This document shows positions 19,254 to 28,121 of a stretch of 64,000 nucleotides of DNA, piece after piece. The DNA lies in contig JAVZLK010000001.1 of assembly GCA_038883795.1 (NCBI GenBank), forward strand, positions 192,001 to 256,000, given 5' to 3'. Origin of the DNA: Candidatus Bathyarchaeia archaeon. Its GTDB lineage: Archaea > Thermoproteota > Bathyarchaeia > Bathyarchaeales > Bathycorpusculaceae. Below the pieces are notes generated by a model, which worked only from the letters and a program-made list of their open reading frames with translations, was not told where the DNA came from and ran no database searches. Position numbers and translations under genes: made by a program. Position 1 is the stretch's first letter, and each line of letters begins with the position of its first letter.

Positions 19254-19697
19254 CTATTCTACTGGAATAAGGTATCCATGTTTTCTTGGTAAACGAACTT
19301 CCAAGATTCCTTTTTTGAAGCGAACTTCCATTTTATCCATATCCACTGACACTGGGATGCGAGTGCTGCAGTGGAATGTTTGGAATTCGCCTTTGTAGTG
19401 GGTTATGCCGAAATCGTCAAAACGTATTTTCCTTTTCAGTTTTGCCGTTATTTCTATAGTATTTTTGTCTAAAGGTTTAACTTGTATCGTGTTTTCTTCT
19501 GTGTAGGGCAAATCCACGGTTACGATTACTTCTGTCGGCGTTACCATTATGTCTCTGAGCGGTTCCATAGTGCAAGTTTTTTGGTTCCAACTTGGTCTCT
19601 CGAATAATCTTTCGCTTAACTCTTCAGCCCATTCTTCCAAATTTTCAAAGTATTCGTCAATAATGTCAAAGAATGAACGTCTCTTTTTGGTTGCCAT
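19254..19697 (-). CDS. Hsp20/alpha-crystallin small heat-shock protein
   Basis: EPLRDI...VTVDLP, FKKGILEVRLP and C-terminal IPV (IXI-type) motif. Confidence 0.88.
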   Translation of the reverse strand: MATKKRRSFFDIIDEYFENLEEWAEELSERLFERPSWNQKTCTMEPLRDIMVTPTEVIVTVDLPYTEENTIQVKPLDKNTIEITAKLKRKIRFDDFGITHYKGEFQTFHCSTRIPVSVDMDKMEVRFKKGILEVRLPRKHGYLIPVE

Positions 19698-19712
19698 TGC
19701 GATGTTTCCTCC

Positions 19713-20462
19713 TTAAGATATGTATAATGGAATGTCATACTCTTGCGTTTTCTTCATTTTTGACATCTCCTGTTGGGTTCGCCTCATAACATCCCTAGCC
19801 CTTAAACGAATCTCCTCACCTTTTTCTAATAGTTTTGAAACATCAACTTTTATTCCCGTTATATTTGCTAATCCCTTTAGAACTTCCGCTGCAGCTTCGG
19901 GATCTGGATAATTTAGGAAGCATTGGGCGAGCAATGTTATGGCTGGCAAACCCATGGTGGCGCAGCGTTGAAGCATAATTGCTTGTGGACCAACCATGTA
20001 TCCTTCCTGCAATATTTCTATTTCTTTTTCCTTAAGCATTTTCAGCATTTCTGGGCTTGAAGCGGCAGCAAAAACTTTCAATTCTTTTAGGTCTTGTCTG
20101 TCTTGTACGGGAATTCCGCTAAGCGAAATCATCATTTTAACATTTTTGCTCTTTCCCCAATCGATTAATGTATCCATTATTGGATAGATTACGTCGGCTG
20201 GTATGGCGGTTTCTGAAACAGCTAAAAGGATGTTGCTGTTTCCAAAAATTCTTATGGGCGAATGAGGCAGTCCTTCATGTAAAACAATTAGGGGCGGTAG
20301 AAGTTTTGAATCCATGTAGGCTAGTTCCTCCATACCCTCTAGTTCTGATATCAAATGTGAGGCAGCTATAACACCAACCAACCCCACGTCTGGAAAACCA
20401 AAAAGCATAACAGCGCCCGATGGAATCTCTTTCTTTTCTATAATCTTAACTTCTCCACTCAC
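19713..20462 (-). CDS. PAC2-family proteasome assembly chaperone
   Basis: GFPDVGLVGVIA and YPDPEAAA; ends LYIS. GTG start placed at 20462. Confidence 0.9.
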   Translation of the reverse strand: MSGEVKIIEKKEIPSGAVMLFGFPDVGLVGVIAASHLISELEGMEELAYMDSKLLPPLIVLHEGLPHSPIRIFGNSNILLAVSETAIPADVIYPIMDTLIDWGKSKNVKMMISLSGIPVQDRQDLKELKVFAAASSPEMLKMLKEKEIEILQEGYMVGPQAIMLQRCATMGLPAITLLAQCFLNYPDPEAAAEVLKGLANITGIKVDVSKLLEKGEEIRLRARDVMRRTQQEMSKMKKTQEYDIPLYIS

Positions 20463-20577
20463 ACCAATTACCTCACAACATTTCATTAAGGGGGCAATGT
20501 AAAAAGTTTATGGAATCCAGCCGTGAAGAACGGAATACCTATTTAAGGATGTAGTTTGTTCTTAAATCTGGAGAAAA

Positions 20578-21912
20578 ATGGCTTTAGAACGTTTAGGCTC
20601 CACGCTTTACGAAGCCCTAAGAAAGATTTTCAGGGCATCCGTTGTAGATGAGGCTGCTGTCAAAGAGCTGGTCCGCGATGTGCAACGGGCTTTGCTCCAA
20701 GCAGACGTTAACGTTCAGCTTGTCCTTGACATTTCTAAGCGCATAGAAGAGAGGGCGTTAAAAGAGCAGCTTCCGCCGGGCATCTCAAGACGGGAGCATG
20801 TGATAAAGGTTGTTTATGAAGAGTTAACCCGTTTCTTAGGTGAAAAACCAGTTCCATTAAAAGTGGAGCCTGGGAAAAAGTTTACCATAATGCTTGTCGG
20901 CATCCAAGGCTCTGGAAAAACAACAGCCGCAGCAAAACTTGCCAGATACTTCCAAAAGAAAGGTCTTAAACCAGCCCTAATATGTGCAGACACTTATCGC
21001 CCCGGAGCCTACGCACAACTTCAACAGTTAGCAAATAGGATAAACGTGCCGTTATATGGGGACTTAAAAGCTAAAGACCCGGTTAAAATAGCGCTTGAAG
21101 GAATAAGGCAATTCAATGATAAGGAAGTGATAATTATTGACACTGCTGGGCGTCACAAAGAAGAACAAGAACTTATTAAAGAGATGAAAATGCTTGAAAG
21201 AAACATACAGCCAGACGAGGTTATGTTGGTTATTGATGGAACCATAGGTCAACAAGCCATGGTTCAAGCTAAAGCCTTCAACGAAGCCACACCAATAGGC
21301 TCGATAATCGTAACAAAACTTGACGGTTCAGCCAGAGGAGGCGGAGCCCTCTCAGCTGTTGCAGCCACAGGCGCACCAATAAAATTCATCAGTACAGGCG
21401 AAAAAGTGGAAGACATAGAACCTTTTGTTCCGTCCCGCTTTGTTGGAAGACTATTGGGCATGGGTGATTTGGAAACACTTCTTGAAAAGGTGCGTGAAGC
21501 GGAAATAAAGGTTCCAGAAAAGAAGGCCAAGGCAATTCTAAGCGGCAAATTCACCCTAACAGACATGTACGAACAGTTTGAAGCCATGAAAGGCATGGGA
21601 CCTTTCAGAAAACTTTTGAAGATGCTTCCAGGCATGTCTTATGATATTCCAGAAGACGCTTTAAACATGGCTGAAGACCGCTTAGAAAAGTGGCGGGTGA
21701 TGATTCAATCAATGACGCCTGAAGAAAGGGATGACCCGAAGAAATTCAATGCTTCAAGAATAAGGCGAGTAGCAAGGGGTTCTGGAACAAGCGAAAAAGA
21801 AGTGAAAGAACTCATAAAGCAATATTTTCTGATGCGTCGCATGCTGAAGAGTTTGCGAAGAAAAAAGAAGTTGCCATTCTTTGGGAAAAAGTTGCCCCTT
21901 GACATAAGTTAA
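20578..21912 (+). CDS. srp54: Signal recognition particle protein SRP54
   Basis: GIQGSGKTT, DTAGRH, TKLDGSARGGG and M domain SRIRRVARGSG. Confidence 0.98.
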   Translation: MALERLGSTLYEALRKIFRASVVDEAAVKELVRDVQRALLQADVNVQLVLDISKRIEERALKEQLPPGISRREHVIKVVYEELTRFLGEKPVPLKVEPGKKFTIMLVGIQGSGKTTAAAKLARYFQKKGLKPALICADTYRPGAYAQLQQLANRINVPLYGDLKAKDPVKIALEGIRQFNDKEVIIIDTAGRHKEEQELIKEMKMLERNIQPDEVMLVIDGTIGQQAMVQAKAFNEATPIGSIIVTKLDGSARGGGALSAVAATGAPIKFISTGEKVEDIEPFVPSRFVGRLLGMGDLETLLEKVREAEIKVPEKKAKAILSGKFTLTDMYEQFEAMKGMGPFRKLLKMLPGMSYDIPEDALNMAEDRLEKWRVMIQSMTPEERDDPKKFNASRIRRVARGSGTSEKEVKELIKQYFLMRRMLKSLRRKKKLPFFGKKLPLDIS

Positions 21913-21940
21913 ACTGGACGAGAATTCGAAGGATTGCTTT

Positions 21941-23275
21941 ATGGAAATTTTGAACAAAGCCTTAGAAATGCTTGAAAAACATCCCTTATGCGACCACTGC
22001 TTGGGAAGACAGTTTGCCCTCCTTGGGCATAACGTTGAAAATGATGAACGTGGGAGAGCGCTAAAACTAAGCTTAACTCTCCAAGCGCATATGTTGGCTC
22101 TCTCAAAGAAAAAGGAAGGCGTGAAAATTCTGAAAATTCTAGCAACCAACGGTTTCTTTGAAACAGCAGCGGAATTACTGCAAAAAATGAAGAAACATGT
22201 TATGGCAAAAGGTGTTCCGAAAGTGTGCTTTTTATGCGAAGGCAAATTCAAAGCTCTGGACGAAATAGCGAAAAAGGCTCTCAAAGAAATTGATGGTTAT
22301 GAATATGGTAGTTTCTTGGTTGGAATAGAATTGCCTGTGACTGTGGAGGAGCGGGAAGACGAATTTAGGGCTGAGTTTGATGTTTTTTATAGCGAAAACC
22401 TGCGGAACGAATTTGGCAGAGCTTTGGGAAAGAAGATTGCTGAGCAGAGTGGAAAAACTGTTGATTATAGAAAACCAGACATAGTTTTGCTCATAAACCC
22501 CTTCACTGAAAAAGTAAAGCTTCAACCAAACCCACTCTACATTGCCGGGCGCTACAAAAAACTTGTGAGGGGAATACCCCAATCAAAATGGTTCTGCTCC
22601 AACTGTCATGGAAAAGGATGTGAAAAGTGCAATTGGACTGGAAAAATGTATCCCGAATCAGTGGAAGAAATAATTGCAAAACCCTTTCTAGAAGCAACTG
22701 GAGGCACTAAAGCATCCTTTCACGCTGGCGGAAGAGAAGACATTGACGCCCGCATGCTTGGCAAAGGCAGACCCTTCATAATCCAAATCACAAAACCCAA
22801 AAAACGCTTCATAGATCTCGAAAAAATGGAAGAAATCGTCAATTCTTATGCCAAAGGTAAAGTTGCAATTTCCCATCTGCATTTTGCAGATAAAGCCGCT
22901 GTCCGCCGGCTGAAAAAGGCGGAATCTTCGCAAAAAGAATACCGCGTAATTGTAGAGTTTGAAAACAAAGTTTCAACCGAAGACCTGCGTCTTCTTGAAG
23001 GAAAGTTAACGGGTGCTGTAGTTAAGCAAAGAACGCCTTTGCGTGTTTTGCATAGACGGGCGGATTTGACACGGGAAAAGTACATATACGAGGTTAAAGT
23101 AAAGAAGTTGTCGCCTAAAAAGGTTGAAATGAAAATACGTTGTCAAGGAGGGCTGTATGTTAAAGAATTGGTGACTGGAGATGAGGGAAGAACCACGCCA
23201 AACGTTTCAGAAATTCTCAAAAACAAAGCAAAGCCCATAAAGCTTGATGTTTTAGACGTTATTATGGAAGATTAA
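21941..23275 (+). CDS. pus10: tRNA pseudouridine(54/55) synthase Pus10
   Basis: LCDHCLGR, GREDIDARMLG.GRPF and GGLYVKEL. Confidence 0.97.
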   Translation: MEILNKALEMLEKHPLCDHCLGRQFALLGHNVENDERGRALKLSLTLQAHMLALSKKKEGVKILKILATNGFFETAAELLQKMKKHVMAKGVPKVCFLCEGKFKALDEIAKKALKEIDGYEYGSFLVGIELPVTVEEREDEFRAEFDVFYSENLRNEFGRALGKKIAEQSGKTVDYRKPDIVLLINPFTEKVKLQPNPLYIAGRYKKLVRGIPQSKWFCSNCHGKGCEKCNWTGKMYPESVEEIIAKPFLEATGGTKASFHAGGREDIDARMLGKGRPFIIQITKPKKRFIDLEKMEEIVNSYAKGKVAISHLHFADKAAVRRLKKAESSQKEYRVIVEFENKVSTEDLRLLEGKLTGAVVKQRTPLRVLHRRADLTREKYIYEVKVKKLSPKKVEMKIRCQGGLYVKELVTGDEGRTTPNVSEILKNKAKPIKLDVLDVIMED

Positions 23276-23286
23276 ATGGTGAGAAA

Positions 23287-23583
23287 ATGAAGAAATCAAA
23301 AGGATACCGCACGAGAACACGGCGCCTTTTAAAAAAGGAGCCCAGAGAGCGGGGCAAAATAAGAATAAGCAAGCTTCTACACGAGTATGCGCCTGGAAGC
23401 CCGGTGGTCATCAAAATTGACCCCAGCGTACACAAGGGTATGCCCCACAAACGTTATCATGGTAAAATCGGCAAAGTAATCGAAAAAAGAGGCAGAAGCT
23501 ATATCGTAAGTGTCACCCAAGGAGACGCCATTAAGGAAATTATTGTTAGACCCGAACATTTAGAACCATATAAAAGTGATTGA
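23287..23583 (+). CDS. rpl21e: 50S ribosomal protein L21e
   Basis: SKGYRTRTR, GMPHKRYHG and RPEHL. Confidence 0.98.
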   Translation: MKKSKGYRTRTRRLLKKEPRERGKIRISKLLHEYAPGSPVVIKIDPSVHKGMPHKRYHGKIGKVIEKRGRSYIVSVTQGDAIKEIIVRPEHLEPYKSD

Positions 23584-23584
23584 A

Positions 23585-23923
23585 ATGTCAAAGAGCAGTA
23601 TGCCGGAAAAGAAACTCACCCTTCCAGAAGTCAAAAAAATATTGGAGTCTATAGGCGAAGAAAAATTAGACCAGTTCCAACGCCGCACTCTTGATTACGT
23701 ATCCAAATTCTCTAAGGTGGATGCTGAAGCAGCTGAACAACTTGTAGAAAAGCTTGTGAAAGAATTTGGTTTAGATGAGGAAGAAGCTGTTTCAGTGGTA
23801 AATTGTATGCCAAAAAGTGTTGACGAATTGAGGGTTTTTCTTGCTGGTGGCCGCAAAATTATTGAAGTCTCAAAGTTAGAAGCCATAGTTAACCTTTTGA
23901 ATGAACATCGGAAATTAAAATAG
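23585..23923 (+). CDS. rpoF: RNA polymerase subunit Rpo4 (F)
   Basis: QRRTLDYV.KFSK and NCMPKSVDELR; conserved position after L21e. Confidence 0.93.
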   Translation: MSKSSMPEKKLTLPEVKKILESIGEEKLDQFQRRTLDYVSKFSKVDAEAAEQLVEKLVKEFGLDEEEAVSVVNCMPKSVDELRVFLAGGRKIIEVSKLEAIVNLLNEHRKLK

Positions 23924-23969
23924 CTTTTTACCACAATTTTTAAGCAGCTAAAAGAAGATAAAGGCGGAT

Positions 23970-24539
23970 ATGATGGAGAAGCGCTACGAAGAGTACGCCT
24001 ACGTTCTAGATTTTCTTCCCCATGGCAGACCAGGGGTAAGGGTTTCTGGTAGGGCTGGTTATCGAGCTGGAGCCTTGGTTCAGTTGGTTGGTGAGGAGTT
24101 TTTCACTCTTCTTGAGGCGCTTGTGAAGGAGGGTGTGACGCTTAAGCCTTATGACCGCGTTTATGTTGGTAAGGATGCCCGCGAGGAAATAACGTATATT
24201 ATTGGGCGGGTAAGTTATGAGGAGTTAACTGCGGCGGCAAAAATGGAGCTTCCTTCTGTGATTAGTCGAATAGTTTTAAATCGTGAACAATGGTTCATAA
24301 ACTTCTTTAACACTGCGCAGGCTGTAACGCCGCGGATGCATGCGTTGGAGTTGATTCCTGGGATTGGTAAAAAGTATATGTGGCAAGTTATAAATGAACG
24401 GGAGAAAAAGCCTTTCGAAAGCTTTGATGATTTGCAAAAGCGAACGGAGCTGCCTAATCCTGTTAAGTTGATTACTAAGAGGATTTTGGAAGAGTTGGCT
24501 GGTGAGAGCAAGTATCGCCTTTTTACGAGGGCACAATAA
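23970..24539 (+). CDS. DUF655 family putative RNA-binding protein
   Basis: EEYAYVLDFLP.G, FTLLE and RMHALELIPGIGKK. Confidence 0.95.
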   Translation: MMEKRYEEYAYVLDFLPHGRPGVRVSGRAGYRAGALVQLVGEEFFTLLEALVKEGVTLKPYDRVYVGKDAREEITYIIGRVSYEELTAAAKMELPSVISRIVLNREQWFINFFNTAQAVTPRMHALELIPGIGKKYMWQVINEREKKPFESFDDLQKRTELPNPVKLITKRILEELAGESKYRLFTRAQ

Positions 24540-24567
24540 CATAAAGTGAGTGTGTTAACGAGATAAA

Positions 24568-25386
24568 ATGAGTCTTTTAGAAAGAACGAAGTTTCTGCTT
24601 CGAAAGCATCGAATATATCCGAAGAAAAGTTTGGGGCAAAACTTTCTAATAGACTCTTCAATTTTTCAGCTTTTAGCCGATTATTGTTCGTTAAATTCTA
24701 AGGATGTGGTGTTAGATATTGGCGCGGGACTTGGTTTTCTGACTCGCTTTTTGGCTGGCTTAAGCGGCGAAGTTTTGGCTGTGGAATCTGACAAGAGGCT
24801 TGTGAAGGCTCTGAAGGAGCAACTCAAGGATTTGTCTAATGTGAAAATATTTTGGGGTGATGTATTAAAAGTGAAGCTCCCATACTTCAATAAAATTGTT
24901 TCAATTCCTCCTTACCATATCTCTTCGCCCTTAATTTTGTGGCTTTTTAGCAAGGATTTCGATTGTGCAGTTTTCATTTTTCAAAAGGAGTTTGCACATC
25001 GCCTTTCCGCGTTTGTTGGAAGCGAAAATTATGGGTGGTTGGCGGTTGTTGCTTATTACTATGTTGATGTTGAAGTTTTTGATGATGTGCCCAAATGGAT
25101 GTTTTATCCACAGCCAGAAGTTGACTCTGTTATTGTGCGTTTAAAACCGAAAAAGCCAAAACCTTTCAATTTGAAAAGCGAAGACTTTATTCGTTTGGCG
25201 CAATCGCTTTTTACGCATCGCAATAGAAAGGTTAGAAATGCAATTTTGCCGTTCCTAAAAGGTTTGTGTGGCATAAAAGCTGATGAGGCGGTTAAGAAAA
25301 TTGAGAATCTCCCTTTTTACAACAAACGAGTGAGGGAGTTGGCGCCTGAGGATTTTGGAGTGTTGGCGAATGCTCTTGTCAGATAG
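24568..25386 (+). CDS. rsmA: 16S rRNA adenine dimethyltransferase KsgA/RsmA
   Basis: KSLGQNFL, DIGAGLG, SIPPYHISS and FYPQPEVDS. Confidence 0.95.
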   Translation: MSLLERTKFLLRKHRIYPKKSLGQNFLIDSSIFQLLADYCSLNSKDVVLDIGAGLGFLTRFLAGLSGEVLAVESDKRLVKALKEQLKDLSNVKIFWGDVLKVKLPYFNKIVSIPPYHISSPLILWLFSKDFDCAVFIFQKEFAHRLSAFVGSENYGWLAVVAYYYVDVEVFDDVPKWMFYPQPEVDSVIVRLKPKKPKPFNLKSEDFIRLAQSLFTHRNRKVRNAILPFLKGLCGIKADEAVKKIENLPFYNKRVRELAPEDFGVLANALVR

Positions 25387-25984
25387 GAAGGTGTTTTTTG
25401 AAGGTTACGTTTTCTATGTGTCGGAAAATGTTTACGAGCCGGCTGAAGATTCGTTCCTTTTTGCTGAGAATTTAAAGGTTAGGGAAGACGCTTTGGTTCT
25501 TGACATGGGTACTGGATGCGGCATATTGGGCATAATTGCTGCAGCGAAAGCATCTCATGTGCTTGCCATTGACATAAACCCTTACGCTGTTCGATGCGCA
25601 AAGGAAAATGCAAAACTGAACCATGTTTTGAATAAAATGTCCTTTATACAAGGCGATTTGTTCTCGCCACTACGGAAGGAGGAAATGTTTGATTTAATCC
25701 TTTTTAATGCGCCTTACTTGCCTACAAAAGGTAGAAAAACCGATTTTTGGCTTGAGCGAGCTTGGGCTGGTGGAAAAAAGGGTAGGGAAGTTATTGACCT
25801 TTTCATAAATGAAGCGCCGAAGTATCTGAGACCTGAAGGGGTTATTCTTTTGATGCAGTCATCGCTTTCTAATGTTAACGAAACATTGCAAAAGTTTGGA
25901 AGGAATGGTTTAAAGGCGAATGTGATCGCTAAGAAGGCTTTGCCCTTTTTTGAAACATTGTTTCTTATGCGGGCGGAGCGGTAG
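25370..25984 (+). CDS. HemK2/PrmC-like release-factor glutamine methyltransferase
   Basis: VYEPAEDSFL, DMGTGCG, NAPYLP and AWAGG..GREV. Confidence 0.9.
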   Translation: MLLSDRKVFFEGYVFYVSENVYEPAEDSFLFAENLKVREDALVLDMGTGCGILGIIAAAKASHVLAIDINPYAVRCAKENAKLNHVLNKMSFIQGDLFSPLRKEEMFDLILFNAPYLPTKGRKTDFWLERAWAGGKKGREVIDLFINEAPKYLRPEGVILLMQSSLSNVNETLQKFGRNGLKANVIAKKALPFFETLFLMRAER

Positions 25985-26009
25985 ATTAATCTGCTTATGT
26001 TGCTAATAT

Positions 26010-26381
26010 TTGTTTGAGGAGAATTTGTTGGGTAGGATTGTTGGTTATTGTGGAATAGTTTGTTCTGATTGTCCCGTTTTCATTGCCACGGTGAGGAATG
26101 ATAGTGTTGAAAGAAGGCGGGTGGCTGAGCTTTTTACTAGGCAGTATGGTAGGGAATACAAGCCCGGGGATATTAACTGTGATGGTTGTTTAAGCGATAG
26201 TCCACGCATTTTCCACCACTGTAATGTTTGTGAAATAAGAAAATGTGGAATGGAGAAGATGGTTGAGAACTGTGGTTTCTGTAAAGAGTATCCATGTGAG
26301 AAGCTTTCTAAATTGTTTGCTGAATATTCTAAAGCAAAGGAAACTTTAGATGCGATAAGACGTGAACGTGGCATTGTTTAA
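26010..26381 (+). CDS. DUF3795 family cysteine-rich protein
   Basis: YCGIVCSDCP, CDGC and CEIRKC...NCGFC.EYPC. Confidence 0.88.
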   Translation: MFEENLLGRIVGYCGIVCSDCPVFIATVRNDSVERRRVAELFTRQYGREYKPGDINCDGCLSDSPRIFHHCNVCEIRKCGMEKMVENCGFCKEYPCEKLSKLFAEYSKAKETLDAIRRERGIV

Positions 26382-26423
26382 AAGCGAGTGATTGCAGTCA
26401 TGAGTTAGTTTAGGTGCGCTTTT

Positions 26424-26720
26424 TTATAAGATGTGTTTTTGTAACCTTAACTCGTCTCTGATTGGTAGTCCGCCTATCCCTTTTAAGATCATGCCATGTT
26501 TCTCCGCTATAACGTTTTGTTTTATTTCGTAAATCTGAAAGCCTATGCTTTGGTAAAATGCTAAGGCTGGCAAATCATCATTTGATGTTGAAACAAGCAA
26601 TTTTTTCTTGCATAATCGTTTAGCTTCCTCTTCAACTTTTTCTACCAGGCTTTTGCCTATGTTTAAATTTTGGTATTGGGGAAGCACCCCCAGAGCCACG
26701 ATTATGATGCTTTGCTCCAA
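26424..26720 (-). pseudogene. N-terminally truncated GNAT acetyltransferase (fragment)
   Basis: Only the C-terminal half is present (QNLNIGKSL, STSNDDLPALAFYQ, IRDE). Upstream sequence looks non-coding. Confidence 0.6.
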
Positions 26721-26946
26721 TGTAAGTTTTAGACTGTTATATGGTTGTTAACATAATTTTATGTTTGCTGTTTTGCTAAATTGGATAGTCTTTTTCATGT
26801 TGGTTTGGAAGGTTTTCTTTTGTAATAGGGACCTACCCTCTCTAGTTTTAAGGCGGTGTTAGAATTGATTGCCTTCTGCAACAAACAAAATTGTGTTAAA
26901 AAGCTATATAACGAGAAAGTTTCAGTATTGCTAGAAAGTTTGAGGT

Positions 26947-27477
26947 GTGGTGGCGATGTGCGTTTTGGGTAAGGATAAGCTTAAGGAGCTTATTGAGAAG
27001 TATAAGTGCATATATCCATACGATTATAATTTGCTTGATGGAGACAGCTACGTTTTAACAGTGAAGGAGGAGACTACGCTTAACTATTTGGAGCATAAAA
27101 ACCTAATAACCTATGAAATTGTTTTTGTTCCACCAGATTTTGTGGCGCATTTGACGGCTAAAAGCAAATACGGCAGAATGGGCTTGTCCTTTTTGAATGC
27201 TGCAAAGGTTCACAGCGGTTTTGTAGGAAGACTTGCTTTGGAACTTGTGAACTTGAGCAATGACCGTTGTCCCATCACAATTAAGCGTGGAGATCCCTTT
27301 ATGCACATAGAATTTGTAACACGTGAGGGTGCACCTTCTCCGTATACTGGGGAGTATCAATTTCAGTATTTGACGGATGAGGAAATGCAAATGTATATTC
27401 CAATTTTGAAGAAGGTTTTTCCAAACTATGATGAACTCGCAAAGGCATGGTTCAAAAACAAGCGGCTACCGCCCTAA
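26947..27477 (+). CDS. Divergent dCTP deaminase/trimeric dUTPase family protein
   Basis: KSKYGRMGL, VHSGFVGRLALELVN and PY.G.YQ.Q. Confidence 0.8.
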   Translation: MVAMCVLGKDKLKELIEKYKCIYPYDYNLLDGDSYVLTVKEETTLNYLEHKNLITYEIVFVPPDFVAHLTAKSKYGRMGLSFLNAAKVHSGFVGRLALELVNLSNDRCPITIKRGDPFMHIEFVTREGAPSPYTGEYQFQYLTDEEMQMYIPILKKVFPNYDELAKAWFKNKRLPP

Positions 27478-27602
27478 AATGAAGTTTTAGAGTCTAACTT
27501 TGATTTTTAAAATTGATTTTGAATTCATAACTTTAATCAAAAAGGGTGCTCAACAAATTGTTTAAATACCACGGTTATGGTATGCAAAAGAGAGGATTTA
27601 AA

Positions 27603-28121
27603 ATGCGTGCGCGCAATTACAGAGCCGCCAAAGGGCAACCCTACACTAGAAAAGAGTTTGTGAAGGGGTTTCCTCCGCCTAAAATAACCAAGTTCACTAT
27701 GGGAGATACTAAAGCAAAGTTCGAGTATGAAGCCAAACTTATAGCCTTGGAAAGGGCTCAAATTCGCCACAACGCCTTGGAAGCGGCTCGGGTGGCAATA
27801 AACCGTGTTTTAATGGACAAGCTTGCAAACAATTATCGTTTGCATATTCATCCTTACCCCCATGTTATTCTTAGAGAGAATAAAATGATTTTTGGCGCCC
27901 ACGCAGACCGTCTTCAAGATGGTATGAGGAGGGCTTTTGGAAAACCCATTGGAACGGCGGCACGAATAGAACCTAACCAAACAATTGCTACAGTAAATGT
28001 GAATGCAGATGGCATTGACGCTGCCAAAGAAGCCTTGAGGCGTGGGAGCGCCAAACTTCCGATTCCATGTAGAATAATAATTGAAAAATCACCAGTGGAA
28101 GAGGTGAAAACAGTTGGGTGA
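27603..28121 (+). CDS. rpl10e: 50S ribosomal protein L10e/uL16
   Basis: QIRHNALEAAR, RENKM and ADRLQDGMRRAFGKP. Confidence 0.98.
   Translation: MRARNYRAAKGQPYTRKEFVKGFPPPKITKFTMGDTKAKFEYEAKLIALERAQIRHNALEAARVAINRVLMDKLANNYRLHIHPYPHVILRENKMIFGAHADRLQDGMRRAFGKPIGTAARIEPNQTIATVNVNADGIDAAKEALRRGSAKLPIPCRIIIEKSPVEEVKTVG

Noticed and set aside
26851-26861. AGGCGGTGTTA repeated at 58380-58390
   Set aside because: Only 11 bp in two unrelated intergenic regions; compatible with chance.
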